Below are positions 45,634 to 55,445 of a stretch of 64,000 bases of DNA, one piece after another. The stretch comes from Acidimicrobiia bacterium. GTDB taxonomy: Bacteria > Actinomycetota > Acidimicrobiia > IMCC26256 > PALSA-610. The notes beneath the pieces are model-generated. The model made no database searches. It worked only from the letters and a program-made list of their open reading frames with translations, and had not been told where the DNA came from. Position numbers and translations under genes: made by a program. The DNA lies in NCBI GenBank assembly GCA_052148155.1, contig JBKQIY010000048.1, positions 11,131 through 75,130 of the forward strand, in the 5' to 3' direction. Each line of letters opens with the position of its first letter. Position 1 is the stretch's first letter.

Positions 45634-46401
45634 GTGCGACTCGGGGGTGAGAAGGCCGTGGTCACCGGCTCGACCGCAGGCCTGGGTCGGGCGATCGCGC
45701 TGGCCCTGTCCGCCGAGGGCGCGGCCGTCGTGGTCACCGGACGCGACGAGGGCCGCGGCGACGCGGTGGTCGCCGAGATCACCGCCGTCGGTGGCTGCGC
45801 GTCGTTCGTGGCGGCCGATCTCGGCGAGGAGGACGCGTGCACGAGCCTGGTGCAAACCGCGGCCGAACGCATGGACGGACTGACGGTGCTCGTCAACAAC
45901 GCGGCGGGAAGCGACGCGGCCGACGGACCGGTCGCCGACCTCACGACCGACGGGTGGGAAGCGATCCTTCGCGTCGATCTCACCGCGCCGATGTGGTGCG
46001 CCCGAGCGGCGATTCCGTACATGCGCCGAGCCGGCCACGGTTCGATCGTCAATGTGTCGAGTCGGCAGGCTGAACGTGCGAGCCGGGGTTTCGCCGCGTA
46101 TATCGCGGCCAAGTCGGGCCTCAACGGGCTGACCCGCGCGATCGCGGTCGATTACGCCGCCGACGCCATCCGCTGCAACACCATCAGTCCCGGCTACGTG
46201 TTGAACGACCGCCGCGACGCCGACATCACGCCCGAGCGACGCGCCCGCTACGAGGGCATGCACCTCACCCGACTCGGCGTCGCGTCCGACATCGCCCATG
46301 CGGCCGTATATCTCGCGAGCCGCGAGTCAGAGTTCGTCACGGGCATCAACCTTCAGCTCGACGGGGGCAGCAGCATCGCCCGCGGGCTCACGCTCGGCTG
46401 A
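45634..46401 (+). CDS. Short-chain dehydrogenase/reductase (SDR)
   Basis: VVTGSTAGLGRAIA (TGxxxGxG), NNAG, and YIAAK (YxxxK). Confidence 0.85.
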   Translation: MRLGGEKAVVTGSTAGLGRAIALALSAEGAAVVVTGRDEGRGDAVVAEITAVGGCASFVAADLGEEDACTSLVQTAAERMDGLTVLVNNAAGSDAADGPVADLTTDGWEAILRVDLTAPMWCARAAIPYMRRAGHGSIVNVSSRQAERASRGFAAYIAAKSGLNGLTRAIAVDYAADAIRCNTISPGYVLNDRRDADITPERRARYEGMHLTRLGVASDIAHAAVYLASRESEFVTGINLQLDGGSSIARGLTLG

Positions 46402-46407
46402 CGGACC

Positions 46408-47223
46408 GTGCACTCCCGAGCGTGCGTGAGCGCGATCTCCACCTTCGGTCTCGCACTCGACGAAGACCTCTCGTTTTGGGATCGGCATCACATCAACACC
46501 GTCGGTGTGTCAGTCGCGAAGCTCGAACGGTTCGGCTGGGAACGTGGAACCGACCTGGTCCGCGACGCGGTCGGACGCGGATTGCGGGTCGCGAATCTCA
46601 TCGGTCTCGGCCCGTTCGACCTCGCCAACCCGCAGAGCTGGCCGACGCAGCAAGACCGGCTCATCCACTCGATCGAGACCGCGACCGCGGTCGGCGCCGA
46701 ATGCATGGTGTTCACCACGGGGCCGTTCGCGCCGTTGAGCTGGGAAGCAGCGGCCGACAATCTTGACACCGCGCTCACGCCCGTCCTGGCGGCCGCCACC
46801 GCGCGTGGTGTCCCGTTCGCGATCGAACACACCAACTCGTTGCGTGTCGATGTCGGCTTCGTGCACACACTGAAAGACGCCATCGACCTGGCGGAGCGGT
46901 TCGACATCGGCGTGTGCATGGAACTCAATGCCTGCTGGGCCGAACGTTCGCTCGAGCAGACGATTCGAGCGGGCATCGACCGGATCCGGCTCGTACAGGT
47001 GAGCGACTTCAAGGTCGGCACGGTCGCTTCCTCGCAGCGTCTCGTACCTGGCGACGGTGACATCCCAATCGAACGGATCCTGCGTGTCGTGCTCGACGCC
47101 GGTTACGTCGGCGTGTTCGATCTCGAGTTGATCGGCGACGCGATCGTCGCCGAGGGCTACGACGTGGCCGTTCCACGCGCCGTCGACCGGCTCGGATCGA
47201 TGCTCGACGGCCTGGGCGCCTGA
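46408..47223 (+). CDS. Sugar phosphate isomerase/epimerase (xylose-isomerase-like TIM barrel) family protein
   Basis: Size and pattern are typical of the family (FAIEHTNSL, GVCMELNACW, VQVSDF, PGDGDIP). By-eye call only. Confidence 0.55.
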   Translation: MHSRACVSAISTFGLALDEDLSFWDRHHINTVGVSVAKLERFGWERGTDLVRDAVGRGLRVANLIGLGPFDLANPQSWPTQQDRLIHSIETATAVGAECMVFTTGPFAPLSWEAAADNLDTALTPVLAAATARGVPFAIEHTNSLRVDVGFVHTLKDAIDLAERFDIGVCMELNACWAERSLEQTIRAGIDRIRLVQVSDFKVGTVASSQRLVPGDGDIPIERILRVVLDAGYVGVFDLELIGDAIVAEGYDVAVPRAVDRLGSMLDGLGA

Positions 47224-47230
47224 CCGGCGT

Positions 47231-47752
47231 TCAGACGTCGGGCGGGCCCCACACGTCGGCCGGGCGTCGCGGACCGACCGGTATGTCGCGACCTTCGATC
47301 GCCGCGACGCGCGAGAAATACAAGTCGGGCCAGTCGACGACCTTGCCGTTCCGCACGAGCAACTGCACCACCCACGCCCGCGCAACGGCCCGGCCGGTCG
47401 ACGCTTCGACCAGGCGCTGTTCGAGCACCGCAGCTTTGCCCTCGCGTCGCATATAGCGGAGCGCACCGACGAACGTCTCGCCCGGCAATCCTTCCGACTC
47501 GTACAACACATGGAGTTCGCGGGCTGCGACGACGATCTCGTCGCGACGCAGGACCTCGATCCAGTCTCCACCGACCTCTGCCCGCACGTACGCGACGCGC
47601 AGGTCGTTGAACACACGGACGGTCGCCGCGTTGTTCAGGTGGCCTTGGGCATCGAAATCAGCTGCGGCCGGGACGACGTCGACGACGAACCGGTAGCCGT
47701 CGGCGCGCAGCGTCGCCGCTCCCGCCGAACCGTCCGATTCGGTCAGGCCCAC
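47231..47752 (-). CDS. Hotdog-fold acyl-CoA thioesterase-like protein
   Basis: The FDAQGHLNNAATVRVFNDLRVAYV pattern resembles the 4HBT thioesterase family. GTG at 47752 chosen; the longest ORF start (47815) would overlap the upstream SDR by 73 nt. Confidence 0.5.
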   Translation of the reverse strand: MGLTESDGSAGAATLRADGYRFVVDVVPAAADFDAQGHLNNAATVRVFNDLRVAYVRAEVGGDWIEVLRRDEIVVAARELHVLYESEGLPGETFVGALRYMRREGKAAVLEQRLVEASTGRAVARAWVVQLLVRNGKVVDWPDLYFSRVAAIEGRDIPVGPRRPADVWGPPDV

Positions 47753-48522
47753 ATGAAAGCGCCACCGTCTGCCATGAAGGTATGGCCAGTGAGGTAGCGA
47801 CACGCGTCGGAACACAAAAACCAGGCGAGCGGTCCGATGTCGAGCTCGGGATCTCCTTGGCGTTTCATCGGGCAGTTCTCGATGAAGATCCGATAACCGT
47901 CGCTCTGTTTTGCGGCGTCACCGTGATGCGTCGCTGCGGCCGGGGCGATCGCGTTGACGACGATGCCGTCGGCGGCCCACTCACGCGCGGCTGTGCGCGT
48001 GAGGGCACGCACCGCCTCCTTTGACGCGTTGTAGGCAGCGAATCCGGCGCCGCCCGTGATGCCCATCGACGACGCGAAGTTGACGATTCGACCCCAACCC
48101 TGCGCCCGCATATGCGGATACACGGCTTGCATCGCCCACAAGGTGCCCTTCACCCCGGAGTCGTAGAACGAGTCGACGTCGCGTTCGGATACCTCCGCGA
48201 TCGGCGAGAGCGGTCGGAAGGTCTGCGCGTTGTTGATCAGCCCGTCGACTCGCCCGAAGCGCCCGATTGTCTGCGCGACCATCGCGTCGATCTGCTCACG
48301 TTGGGAGATGTCGCACACCACACCGTGGTTCGTGATGCCCAATTCGTCGAGTTCGCCGCAGGTTTGCGCCATGAGCTCGTCTTTCCATTCGGCCACGACG
48401 ATGCGCGCGCCGCCCTTGCCGAGGTGCAGCGCCATCCCCTTGCCGATGCCTTTGCCTGATCCCGTGACGATGACCACCTTGCCGTCGACGGTGTGCATGT
48501 CGTTCGCAGCGGGAGCTGACAT
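47743..48522 (-). CDS. Short-chain dehydrogenase/reductase (SDR)
   Basis: VIVTGSGKGIGKGMA, NNAQ, YNASK. Confidence 0.85.
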   Translation of the reverse strand: MSAPAANDMHTVDGKVVIVTGSGKGIGKGMALHLGKGGARIVVAEWKDELMAQTCGELDELGITNHGVVCDISQREQIDAMVAQTIGRFGRVDGLINNAQTFRPLSPIAEVSERDVDSFYDSGVKGTLWAMQAVYPHMRAQGWGRIVNFASSMGITGGAGFAAYNASKEAVRALTRTAAREWAADGIVVNAIAPAAATHHGDAAKQSDGYRIFIENCPMKRQGDPELDIGPLAWFLCSDACRYLTGHTFMADGGAFMWA

Positions 48523-48549
48523 CGTGCCACCCTAACTACGCTCGGTTCC

Positions 48550-49320
48550 ATGAGCGAACGTACCGGACAACTCGCCGGCCGGACCGTGCTCGTCACGGGC
48601 GGCGGCAGCGGCATCGGCCGGGCGACCTCGACGAGAGCGGCCCGTTGCGGAGCGGCGGTGGCCGTCGTCGACCGTCACCGCGACAACGCGGAAGAGACCG
48701 CGGCGATGATCCGTGCCGAGGGCGGAACGGCATCGGCGTATCCGTGCGACGTCGCCGACGACACCGCGGTCGCGGCCGCGGTCGCGGCTGCCAACACGGA
48801 ACTCGGACGGATTTCGGGTGTCGTCACCGCGGCCGGCATCTTCCACGGCCCGGACCTGCGACCCGCGCACGAGGTTTCCGTCGACGACTTCATGACCGTG
48901 CTGCGCGTCAACCTGGTCGGAACGTTCGCGGTCATCAAACATGCGCTTCCGCATCTTGTCGCGGGTGGCGGCGCGATCGTGACGATCGCGTCGACCGCCG
49001 CGATACGCGGTCACGGTTTCGGTGCGGGTTACACCGCGAGCAAGGGTGGCGTCGACGCGTTGACGCGTCTGCTTGCAGTGCAGTACGGCCCGCGGGGTGT
49101 GCGCGCGAATTGCGTCTGCCCCGGCGGTGTCGACACACCTATGACTGCGGGCACATTCGCGACGCCGGAAGCGATCGAACGCGCGAAGCGCACAGTCCCG
49201 CTCGGTCATCATGCACAACCTGAAGACATCGGCGACGTCGTGGTATTTCTGCTCACCGACGACGCGCGGCATCTCACTGGCGTGACACTGCCCGTCGAGG
49301 GTGGCGCGACGATCGCCTGA
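48550..49320 (+). CDS. Short-chain dehydrogenase/reductase (SDR)
   Basis: VLVTGGGSGIGRAT, YTASK, PGGVDTPM. Confidence 0.85.
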   Translation: MSERTGQLAGRTVLVTGGGSGIGRATSTRAARCGAAVAVVDRHRDNAEETAAMIRAEGGTASAYPCDVADDTAVAAAVAAANTELGRISGVVTAAGIFHGPDLRPAHEVSVDDFMTVLRVNLVGTFAVIKHALPHLVAGGGAIVTIASTAAIRGHGFGAGYTASKGGVDALTRLLAVQYGPRGVRANCVCPGGVDTPMTAGTFATPEAIERAKRTVPLGHHAQPEDIGDVVVFLLTDDARHLTGVTLPVEGGATIA

Positions 49321-49380
49321 AACGAACGTCTGATGACGCACCCATAACGGACGATCCGACCGCGAGTCCAGGAATTTCTT

Positions 49381-49406
49381 CTGCTGGAAACGATGCGTTC
49401 CAGCAG
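49381..49406 (+). terminator. Stem-loop downstream of the SDR gene, inside the leader of the Rpf-like gene
   Basis: CTGCTGGAA-N8-TTCCAGCAG (9-bp stem), 60 nt after the SDR stop, with only a weak T-run after it. It could instead be part of a structured 5' leader (see findings). Confidence 0.35.
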
Positions 49407-49494
49407 GGGATTCTCGCATCCGGTCCGAGCATTACCACACTCCGTGACCTCAAGAGTCGACCGGACGGGGGGACTTCACTAGCGTCACCCCCGC

Positions 49495-50583
49495 ATGCCC
49501 CGGACCCGCAAAGGTCGCGTCGGGCGCAGCGCTGGTGTGGCGGAGCACGGCGTAGCGAAGCACCGCATTGTCATCAGGCTGTCGCGCACGACACGACTCA
49601 CACGTGTGAGCGCGCTCGCGTGCGTGCTCGCGCTCGTCCTCGCGGGCGCGCCGACGTCAGCCTCGGCGCAAACCGCGAGCGAGTCGTTGGCGCAAACCCG
49701 CGCCATGATCGACACGACAGCCAACCAATGGTTCGCCGCACAACGCGAAGCCTCAGCGCTCGATGTGCAGATCCGGACCCTCACCGAGATGACGGTCCTG
49801 ATCGGACATCGGGTGGACCAGCTCCGTGGCATTGCCGACGCCCGCGCGGTCGAGCTCTACGAGAGCAACACCGAGGGGCTCGGCGACATGATGAACGACA
49901 CCGCGATGGGAGGCGACCCACTCGAACTCGGACGCCGGGCGGCGCTGATCGGCCAAGCGAACGCTGAGAATCAGCTGATCGTCAATGAGCTCGAGGCGTC
50001 GATCTCCGACCTGAACGCACGCCGCGATCAGATCCACGCGGCCGAGACCGCCCAGGCGCGCACGCTGGGAGTCCTCACGAGTCGGCGCCGCACCCTCGAC
50101 AACGAGCTCGCCTCTCTCGAGCTGGGGTCGGCGCATGCTGAGGCACGAGCCGAACTGGCCGCGGCCATCGGCCGTCAACAAGACGCCGAGGTCAGCGCCG
50201 CGACGCGGCCGACGGTCGTGGCGTTGACCTCGACCGGTGCGACGCCGCCTTCGAGTCCTCCGCCGCCAGCTGCGACGTCGATCGTGCCCGGACCGGTCGC
50301 ACCTCCCGACTCGGGGGCGGTCAGCCCGTATCACGACGAGCCGTTCCTCGTATGCACCCGAACGCGGGAAAGTAATGGCAACTACGGCGTGGTCAGCGCC
50401 GGCGGTACCTACTACGGCGCGTACCAGTTCGCGACCACGACCTGGAACGTGACCGCTGCCCACGTCGGGAGGCTCGACCTGGTCGGGGTGCTGCCGTCGC
50501 AGGCGTCACCATCCGACCAGGACGACATGGCGTGGGCGTTGTATCAGTGGCAGGGCAACACGCCGTGGGGCGGTCGCTGCTAG
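49495..50583 (+). CDS. Secreted coiled-coil protein with a C-terminal Rpf-type transglycosylase-like domain
   Basis: Signal-peptide-like VSALACVLALVLAGAPTSASAQ, a long Ala/Glu/Arg-rich helical region, a Pro-rich linker, then CTRTRESNGNYGVVSAGGTYYGAYQFATTTWN...QDDMAWALYQWQGNTPWGGRC (Rpf/transglycosylase-like pattern with flanking Cys). Start uncertain. Confidence 0.75.
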   Translation: MPRTRKGRVGRSAGVAEHGVAKHRIVIRLSRTTRLTRVSALACVLALVLAGAPTSASAQTASESLAQTRAMIDTTANQWFAAQREASALDVQIRTLTEMTVLIGHRVDQLRGIADARAVELYESNTEGLGDMMNDTAMGGDPLELGRRAALIGQANAENQLIVNELEASISDLNARRDQIHAAETAQARTLGVLTSRRRTLDNELASLELGSAHAEARAELAAAIGRQQDAEVSAATRPTVVALTSTGATPPSSPPPPAATSIVPGPVAPPDSGAVSPYHDEPFLVCTRTRESNGNYGVVSAGGTYYGAYQFATTTWNVTAAHVGRLDLVGVLPSQASPSDQDDMAWALYQWQGNTPWGGRC

Positions 50584-51254
50584 CCGCGTCCACGAAATCT
50601 GTGGAACACCTCGGCGATCGTGCACTCGGCGAGCGACCCGAGCCGCAGGTCGGCGGCCGACAGGTCGAGCGTCTCGGTCAGCGCGTTGGGGACGGCAACA
50701 CAACGCAGCCCCGCGGCCTTCGCCGCCGCGATCCCGTGTGGCGAGTCTTCCACGGCAAGCGCGTTGCGGGTCGCGACACCGAGCTGGGCACACGCCTCGA
50801 CGTACGTATCAGGCGCCGGCTTGCCGCGCACCGTCCCACCGGCGGTGACGACGAACGCGAACCGGTCCCGCAGCCCAAGCCGTCCGAGATGTTCGGCGAC
50901 CCATTCGGCCGGCGAACTCGATGCGATCGCGAGTGCGAGCCCCGCGTCGTCCGCCTCGGTGAGCCAGGCCACAACGCCCGGCCGCGCCTCCTCGTGCGCC
51001 AACAGCGCGTCACGACGGGCCCGACGGATCTCGTCCATCGCGGCTCGGTCGACTGGCCGGTCGGCCCGCTCGACGAGCCAGGCGTGCACGTCGAGCTCGT
51101 CAGCGGTTCCGATCGTCGCCGACCACTCCTCGATGGTGGGAGGCGAGGCGCCGTGCGCCTCGAACGCGGCACACCACGACTCGTAGACCGGCACCTCGGT
51201 GTCGAGCACGAGACCGTCGAAATCGAACACGACCGCGCGAATTTCGGTGTTCAC
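50580..51254 (-). CDS. HAD-superfamily hydrolase (beta-phosphoglucomutase-like subfamily)
   Basis: GTG at 51254 (GTGA overlap with the upstream SDR stop) gives IRAVVFDFDGLVLDTE (DxDG motif I), then later AVEDSPHGIAAAKAAG. Confidence 0.8.
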   Translation of the reverse strand: MNTEIRAVVFDFDGLVLDTEVPVYESWCAAFEAHGASPPTIEEWSATIGTADELDVHAWLVERADRPVDRAAMDEIRRARRDALLAHEEARPGVVAWLTEADDAGLALAIASSSPAEWVAEHLGRLGLRDRFAFVVTAGGTVRGKPAPDTYVEACAQLGVATRNALAVEDSPHGIAAAKAAGLRCVAVPNALTETLDLSAADLRLGSLAECTIAEVFHRFRGRG

Positions 51255-52003
51255 GACCGCTCGGGGAGGTTGCGGTCGGTCGGGTCGATCGGACTTGCGA
51301 GCGACACGCCGCCGTCGGCGGCGAGGATCTGGCCGGTCACCCAATCGAGCCGGCACAACGCGACCACGGCTTGAGCCACCTCGGCCGCCGAACCGACCCG
51401 GCCGAGCGCGGCGCGGCCCGCGACCCGTTCGCGGTAGCCATGCATGCGGTCGGTCGCGGCGAACATCGGCGTGTCCGTGGGGCCGGGCGCGACACCATTG
51501 ACTCGGATCCCTCGCGGTCCGAGCTCACGCGCCGCGACCCGCACCAGCGCGGCAAGTCCGGCCTTCGAAGCGGAGTAATGCGCCATCGACCGATCCGCCA
51601 GAAATCCCGACACGCTGGTCACGGCCACGATCGCGCCCGGCTGTTCCGACGCGACCATCGCCCGCGCGCATTCGCGCAACGTGACGAATGCTCCCCGCAG
51701 GTTCACGCGCATCACCCGGTCCCATTCCTCGGTGCTCAGGTCGACGATGGCGCCCATCCCGCCCACGCCGGCGTTGAGGACCGCAACGTCGAGCCGGCCC
51801 AGTCGCGTCACAACCTCTCGGACCGAGGCAACAACCTGCTCCTCGTCGCCGACGTCGACGGTCAGCGACATCTCGGCATCGGGAGCGTCGTGCAGGTCAA
51901 GCACCGCGACCCGAACCCCGGCGGCTTGCAGGCCGGCAACCGTCGCCGCGCCGATGCCGCTCGCCCCACCGGTGACGATCGCGCACGTGTCGACAAGTTC
52001 CAT
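51251..52003 (-). CDS. Short-chain dehydrogenase/reductase (SDR)
   Basis: AIVTGGASGIGAAT, NAGV, YSASK. Confidence 0.85.
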   Translation of the reverse strand: MELVDTCAIVTGGASGIGAATVAGLQAAGVRVAVLDLHDAPDAEMSLTVDVGDEEQVVASVREVVTRLGRLDVAVLNAGVGGMGAIVDLSTEEWDRVMRVNLRGAFVTLRECARAMVASEQPGAIVAVTSVSGFLADRSMAHYSASKAGLAALVRVAARELGPRGIRVNGVAPGPTDTPMFAATDRMHGYRERVAGRAALGRVGSAAEVAQAVVALCRLDWVTGQILAADGGVSLASPIDPTDRNLPERS

Positions 52004-52032
52004 GACAGATATGGAAGCTAGCGTCGCAAGCC

Positions 52033-52929
52033 GTGGGTGAACCTTGGTTTGGCATCTACCTGCCTCAGCTGCGCATGTCGTTCGGCCGCATCCTCGAACG
52101 GACGGCCGCAGCCGAGATCGCCGGCTTCGAGTCCGTGTGGCTCATGGACCACTTCAGCGCGCCCGCAGCACCCGAGGTCGACACGTTCGAAGGCTTCACC
52201 ATCGCGAGCGCGCTCGCGGCGCGTACGTCGACGATCCGAATCGGCCACCTCGTGCTCTGCAACCCGTTCCGTCACCCCGCGCTGCTCGCAAAGATGTCCG
52301 CGACACTCGACGTGATCTCCGACGGCCGGCTCGATCTCGGCGTCGGCTGGGGATCGGTGCCCGCCGAACTCGAGATGTACGGCTTCGGATCAGAGTCGCC
52401 GGCGGTGCGAGCCACCAAGCTGCGAGAGACGCTCGAGATCCTCACGATGATGTTCTCTGGAACGCCGTTCGACTACGACGGCACCCACTACCGACTCCGG
52501 CGTGCGATCGGACGGCCCGTCCCCTGCCAGGCGCACCTGCCCGTCCACATCGGCGGCGGCGGACCGAAGCTCACCATGCCGCTGGTCGCGCGGTTCGCCG
52601 ACTGGTGGAACTGCCCCGGATACGCGCTCGACCGTCTCGACGAACTCCGGCCGCTCGCCGGCCGGGCGCGCATCTCGACGCAGCATCCGATCGGCCTTGC
52701 CGCCGGTGCCGCAGACCGAGACGAGGTGATCGCCACCGCGCACCGTCGTTTCGGAACCTGGGGCGCCGTCATCGCAGGGACCGCCGACGAAGTCGCCGCC
52801 GCGCTCGCCGACGAAGTACACCGCGGCGTCGAAGGGTTCGTGCTCCAGTTCTCCGACTTCGGAACACCCGAGACGATCGAACGATTCATGACCGACGTCG
52901 CCCCGACCGTACGCGCCGCGACCATCTAA
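52033..52929 (+). CDS. Luciferase-like monooxygenase (LLM) family, probably F420-dependent oxidoreductase
   Basis: AEIAGFESVWLMDHF, RIGHLVLCNPFRHPALLAKMSATLDVISDGRLDLGVGWG, and family-typical length. Confidence 0.7.
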   Translation: MGEPWFGIYLPQLRMSFGRILERTAAAEIAGFESVWLMDHFSAPAAPEVDTFEGFTIASALAARTSTIRIGHLVLCNPFRHPALLAKMSATLDVISDGRLDLGVGWGSVPAELEMYGFGSESPAVRATKLRETLEILTMMFSGTPFDYDGTHYRLRRAIGRPVPCQAHLPVHIGGGGPKLTMPLVARFADWWNCPGYALDRLDELRPLAGRARISTQHPIGLAAGAADRDEVIATAHRRFGTWGAVIAGTADEVAAALADEVHRGVEGFVLQFSDFGTPETIERFMTDVAPTVRAATI

Positions 52930-52940
52930 GGAGGAACAAC

Positions 52941-53684
52941 GTGGAGACCCCGATGGCAGCCGAGACGGTCACGATCAGCGGTCACAACGGAGACGAGATC
53001 GAGGCGTACTACGCGCGACCGACCTCGCCCGGTCCGCATCCTGGCGTCGTCGTGATCCACCACATGCCCGGCTACGACCGCTCGACGAAGGAGATCGTCC
53101 GTACGTTCGCGGTGTACGGCTACGCCGCGCTCTGCCCGAATCTCTTCCACCGGTACGCGCCGGGCGCGTCGGCGACCGACGCAGCTGCCGCCGCCCGCGA
53201 CGCCGGCGGCGTCCCCGATGCGCAGTGCGTCGGGGACGTGCGCGGCGCGTCCGAGTTCCTGCATGCACTCCCGGCCTCGAACGGTCGGGTCGGCGTGATC
53301 GGCTACTGCTCAGGTGGACGTCAGGCCTACCTGGTCGCGTGCAGTCTCGACCTCGACGCGGCGGTCGACTGCTACGGCGGACGCGTCGTCGCGTCGCCCG
53401 AAGACCTCACGCCCACTCGTCCGGTCGCGCCCATCGATCTCACTCCCGACCTGCGGTGCCCACTGCTCGGGCTGTTCGGCGCGCAAGACACCAACCCGTC
53501 GCCGGCACAGACCGCACAGATCGAAGCTGCGCTGCAAAAGAACGCCAAGACCTTCGAGTTTCATACGTTCGACAATGCCGGCCATGCCTTCTTCTCCGTC
53601 GACCGGCCCAACTACAGCCTCGACGCCTCGAAGCAAGGCTGGAAACTTATCTGGGACTTCTTCGGCCGTCACCTGCAGGCATAG
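52941..53684 (+). CDS. Dienelactone hydrolase family protein
   Basis: AAGGAGG RBS 6 nt upstream of GTG at 52941. PGVVVIHHMPGYD, nucleophile region IGYCSGGRQAY, and C-terminal DNAGHAFF. Confidence 0.8.
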   Translation: METPMAAETVTISGHNGDEIEAYYARPTSPGPHPGVVVIHHMPGYDRSTKEIVRTFAVYGYAALCPNLFHRYAPGASATDAAAAARDAGGVPDAQCVGDVRGASEFLHALPASNGRVGVIGYCSGGRQAYLVACSLDLDAAVDCYGGRVVASPEDLTPTRPVAPIDLTPDLRCPLLGLFGAQDTNPSPAQTAQIEAALQKNAKTFEFHTFDNAGHAFFSVDRPNYSLDASKQGWKLIWDFFGRHLQA

Positions 53685-53818
53685 CCGCGCGCGTCGCCTG
53701 CGAACGACCGAAGATCCCCGACCGCCGACCATCAGCCCGTACAACCTGTCGCGATCGCCGCGGCCGGCTGCGGTGGCTCGACCACACGTCCGGTCAGTGG
53801 TTGCACGGTTCGTGCCCG

Positions 53819-55120
53819 CTACTCGGTCGTCAGCGCCGCTTGCCTCACCAGCTTCGGCCGCCGCAGCCTCCCGGCCAGCGGAAGCGACAGAAGGAGCGCA
53901 GCCGCGAAGGTCGCGACGCCGGCGACCTCAAGACCGGCGCGGGGGCTCCAACGTTGGCAAACCCAACCGACGAACGGCCCTCCGACCACCGTGGTGCCGA
54001 GCGTGAGCAGCGTGTAGATAGCCATCACGCGCCCGCGAAGCTGGGGAGCCGACCAGATCTGCATGTGCGCGCTGGCAGTCGAACCGAAGAACACCGCCGT
54101 CGCGCCGACCGGCACCAGCGCCACCTCGAACGTCAGCTTCGTCGGAAAGGACGCGGCGACGACGAGCGCAATGCCGAGCAAGGCCGCTGACATGACGACG
54201 ACTCGGGACGTCGGACGCGAACGCAGCGCAGCGAACAACGCACCGAACACGGTGCCGACTCCGAGGATCGCCATGAGAAACCCTGCGAGCCCGGCGCCTC
54301 CGTGGAACGTGTTCGACGCCATGAGCGTCAGGAAGGTCGGGAAGTTGTAGACCAGGGTGCCGACCACGGCCACCAACACGATCGTCGCCCGAATCTCGGT
54401 GATCGACCATGCGTAGACGAGACCGTCACGGATACGAGAGCGACTGGTTGGTTCATGGAGACGGCGCAGCTCCGACTTGCGCATCGCGGCGAGCGCAACG
54501 ACGACCGCAACGAACGACACCGCGTTGACGAAGAACACCCATGCCACGCCGACCGAAAAGATAAGCAGGCCGGCGATCGCAGGACCGGTGATGCGCGCCG
54601 AGTTGCCGACCGCGCTGGTGAGCGCAATCGCGTTCGGTACCCGCTCAGGCCCGACCATTTCTTCCACGAACGCTTGCCGGGCCGGCTCGTCGACAACGGT
54701 CACGAAGCCCAGCCCGATCGCCAGCGCGAACACCATCCACACCTGCACGACTCCGGTGAGCACGATCAACCACAACACGACCGCGAGCAATGCGGCCAGC
54801 GTCTGGGTGAACAGCAACACGCGGCGGCGATCGAAACGATCCGCGATGACGCCGCCCCACAGACCGAACAGCAACACTGGAAGGAATCGGAACGCGAAGG
54901 TGGCCCCGACCGCGACGCCGCTCCCGGTCAGCTTGAGCACCAGCCAGGCCTCGGCCATGGTCTGCATCCAGCCTCCAACGTGAGAAACCAGATCTCCGCT
55001 GAAAAAGAGGCGGTAGTTGTGGGTGTCGAGAGACCCGAATGTCTGGCGCAGCGCGCCCCGGACCCTGAATCGGCTTGCGGGGTTCGGCCCCGACGGATCC
55101 GAGTGTTCGCTCCCCCCCAT
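53819..55120 (-). CDS. MFS transporter
   Basis: About 12 hydrophobic segments. The N-terminal FRLFFSGDLVSHVGGWMQ and GGVIADRFDRRRVLL loop motifs are typical of MFS efflux-type transporters. Confidence 0.75.
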   Translation of the reverse strand: MGGSEHSDPSGPNPASRFRVRGALRQTFGSLDTHNYRLFFSGDLVSHVGGWMQTMAEAWLVLKLTGSGVAVGATFAFRFLPVLLFGLWGGVIADRFDRRRVLLFTQTLAALLAVVLWLIVLTGVVQVWMVFALAIGLGFVTVVDEPARQAFVEEMVGPERVPNAIALTSAVGNSARITGPAIAGLLIFSVGVAWVFFVNAVSFVAVVVALAAMRKSELRRLHEPTSRSRIRDGLVYAWSITEIRATIVLVAVVGTLVYNFPTFLTLMASNTFHGGAGLAGFLMAILGVGTVFGALFAALRSRPTSRVVVMSAALLGIALVVAASFPTKLTFEVALVPVGATAVFFGSTASAHMQIWSAPQLRGRVMAIYTLLTLGTTVVGGPFVGWVCQRWSPRAGLEVAGVATFAAALLLSLPLAGRLRRPKLVRQAALTTE

Positions 55121-55445
55121 GAGGTCCTCACGCTAATGGGCCGCCGACACCGGCCGCTGCGCCATTACGCGCCACCGGTCCTGATTTCCGACTCCGCGGC
55201 GACGGGCACCCGATCATCGGTCGCGACACGCGCCGTTCGCGAAGGCGGCGCGACGTCGACACGCGGCTGCGTGCGGCAAGTGCCGCAAGTGTGGCGCGGG
55301 GTGTGGAACCTCGGCGCGGATCCGACGCATCGCGACATGCCACCGTCGGCGCTGCATCACGGCTCGGTGACCGGCATCGCCGCTGTAGCGTCCAACGCGG
55401 GAACTGCACCGGAATCGCCGCGCAGTTCGTCGAGGAGGTCCGACT

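Noticed and set aside
52044-52940. 5' part of the 546-aa ORF 52044..53684
   Set aside because: It overlaps the LLM oxidoreductase out of frame and is Arg-rich. The dienelactone hydrolase starts at GTG 52941, which has a strong AAGGAGG RBS.
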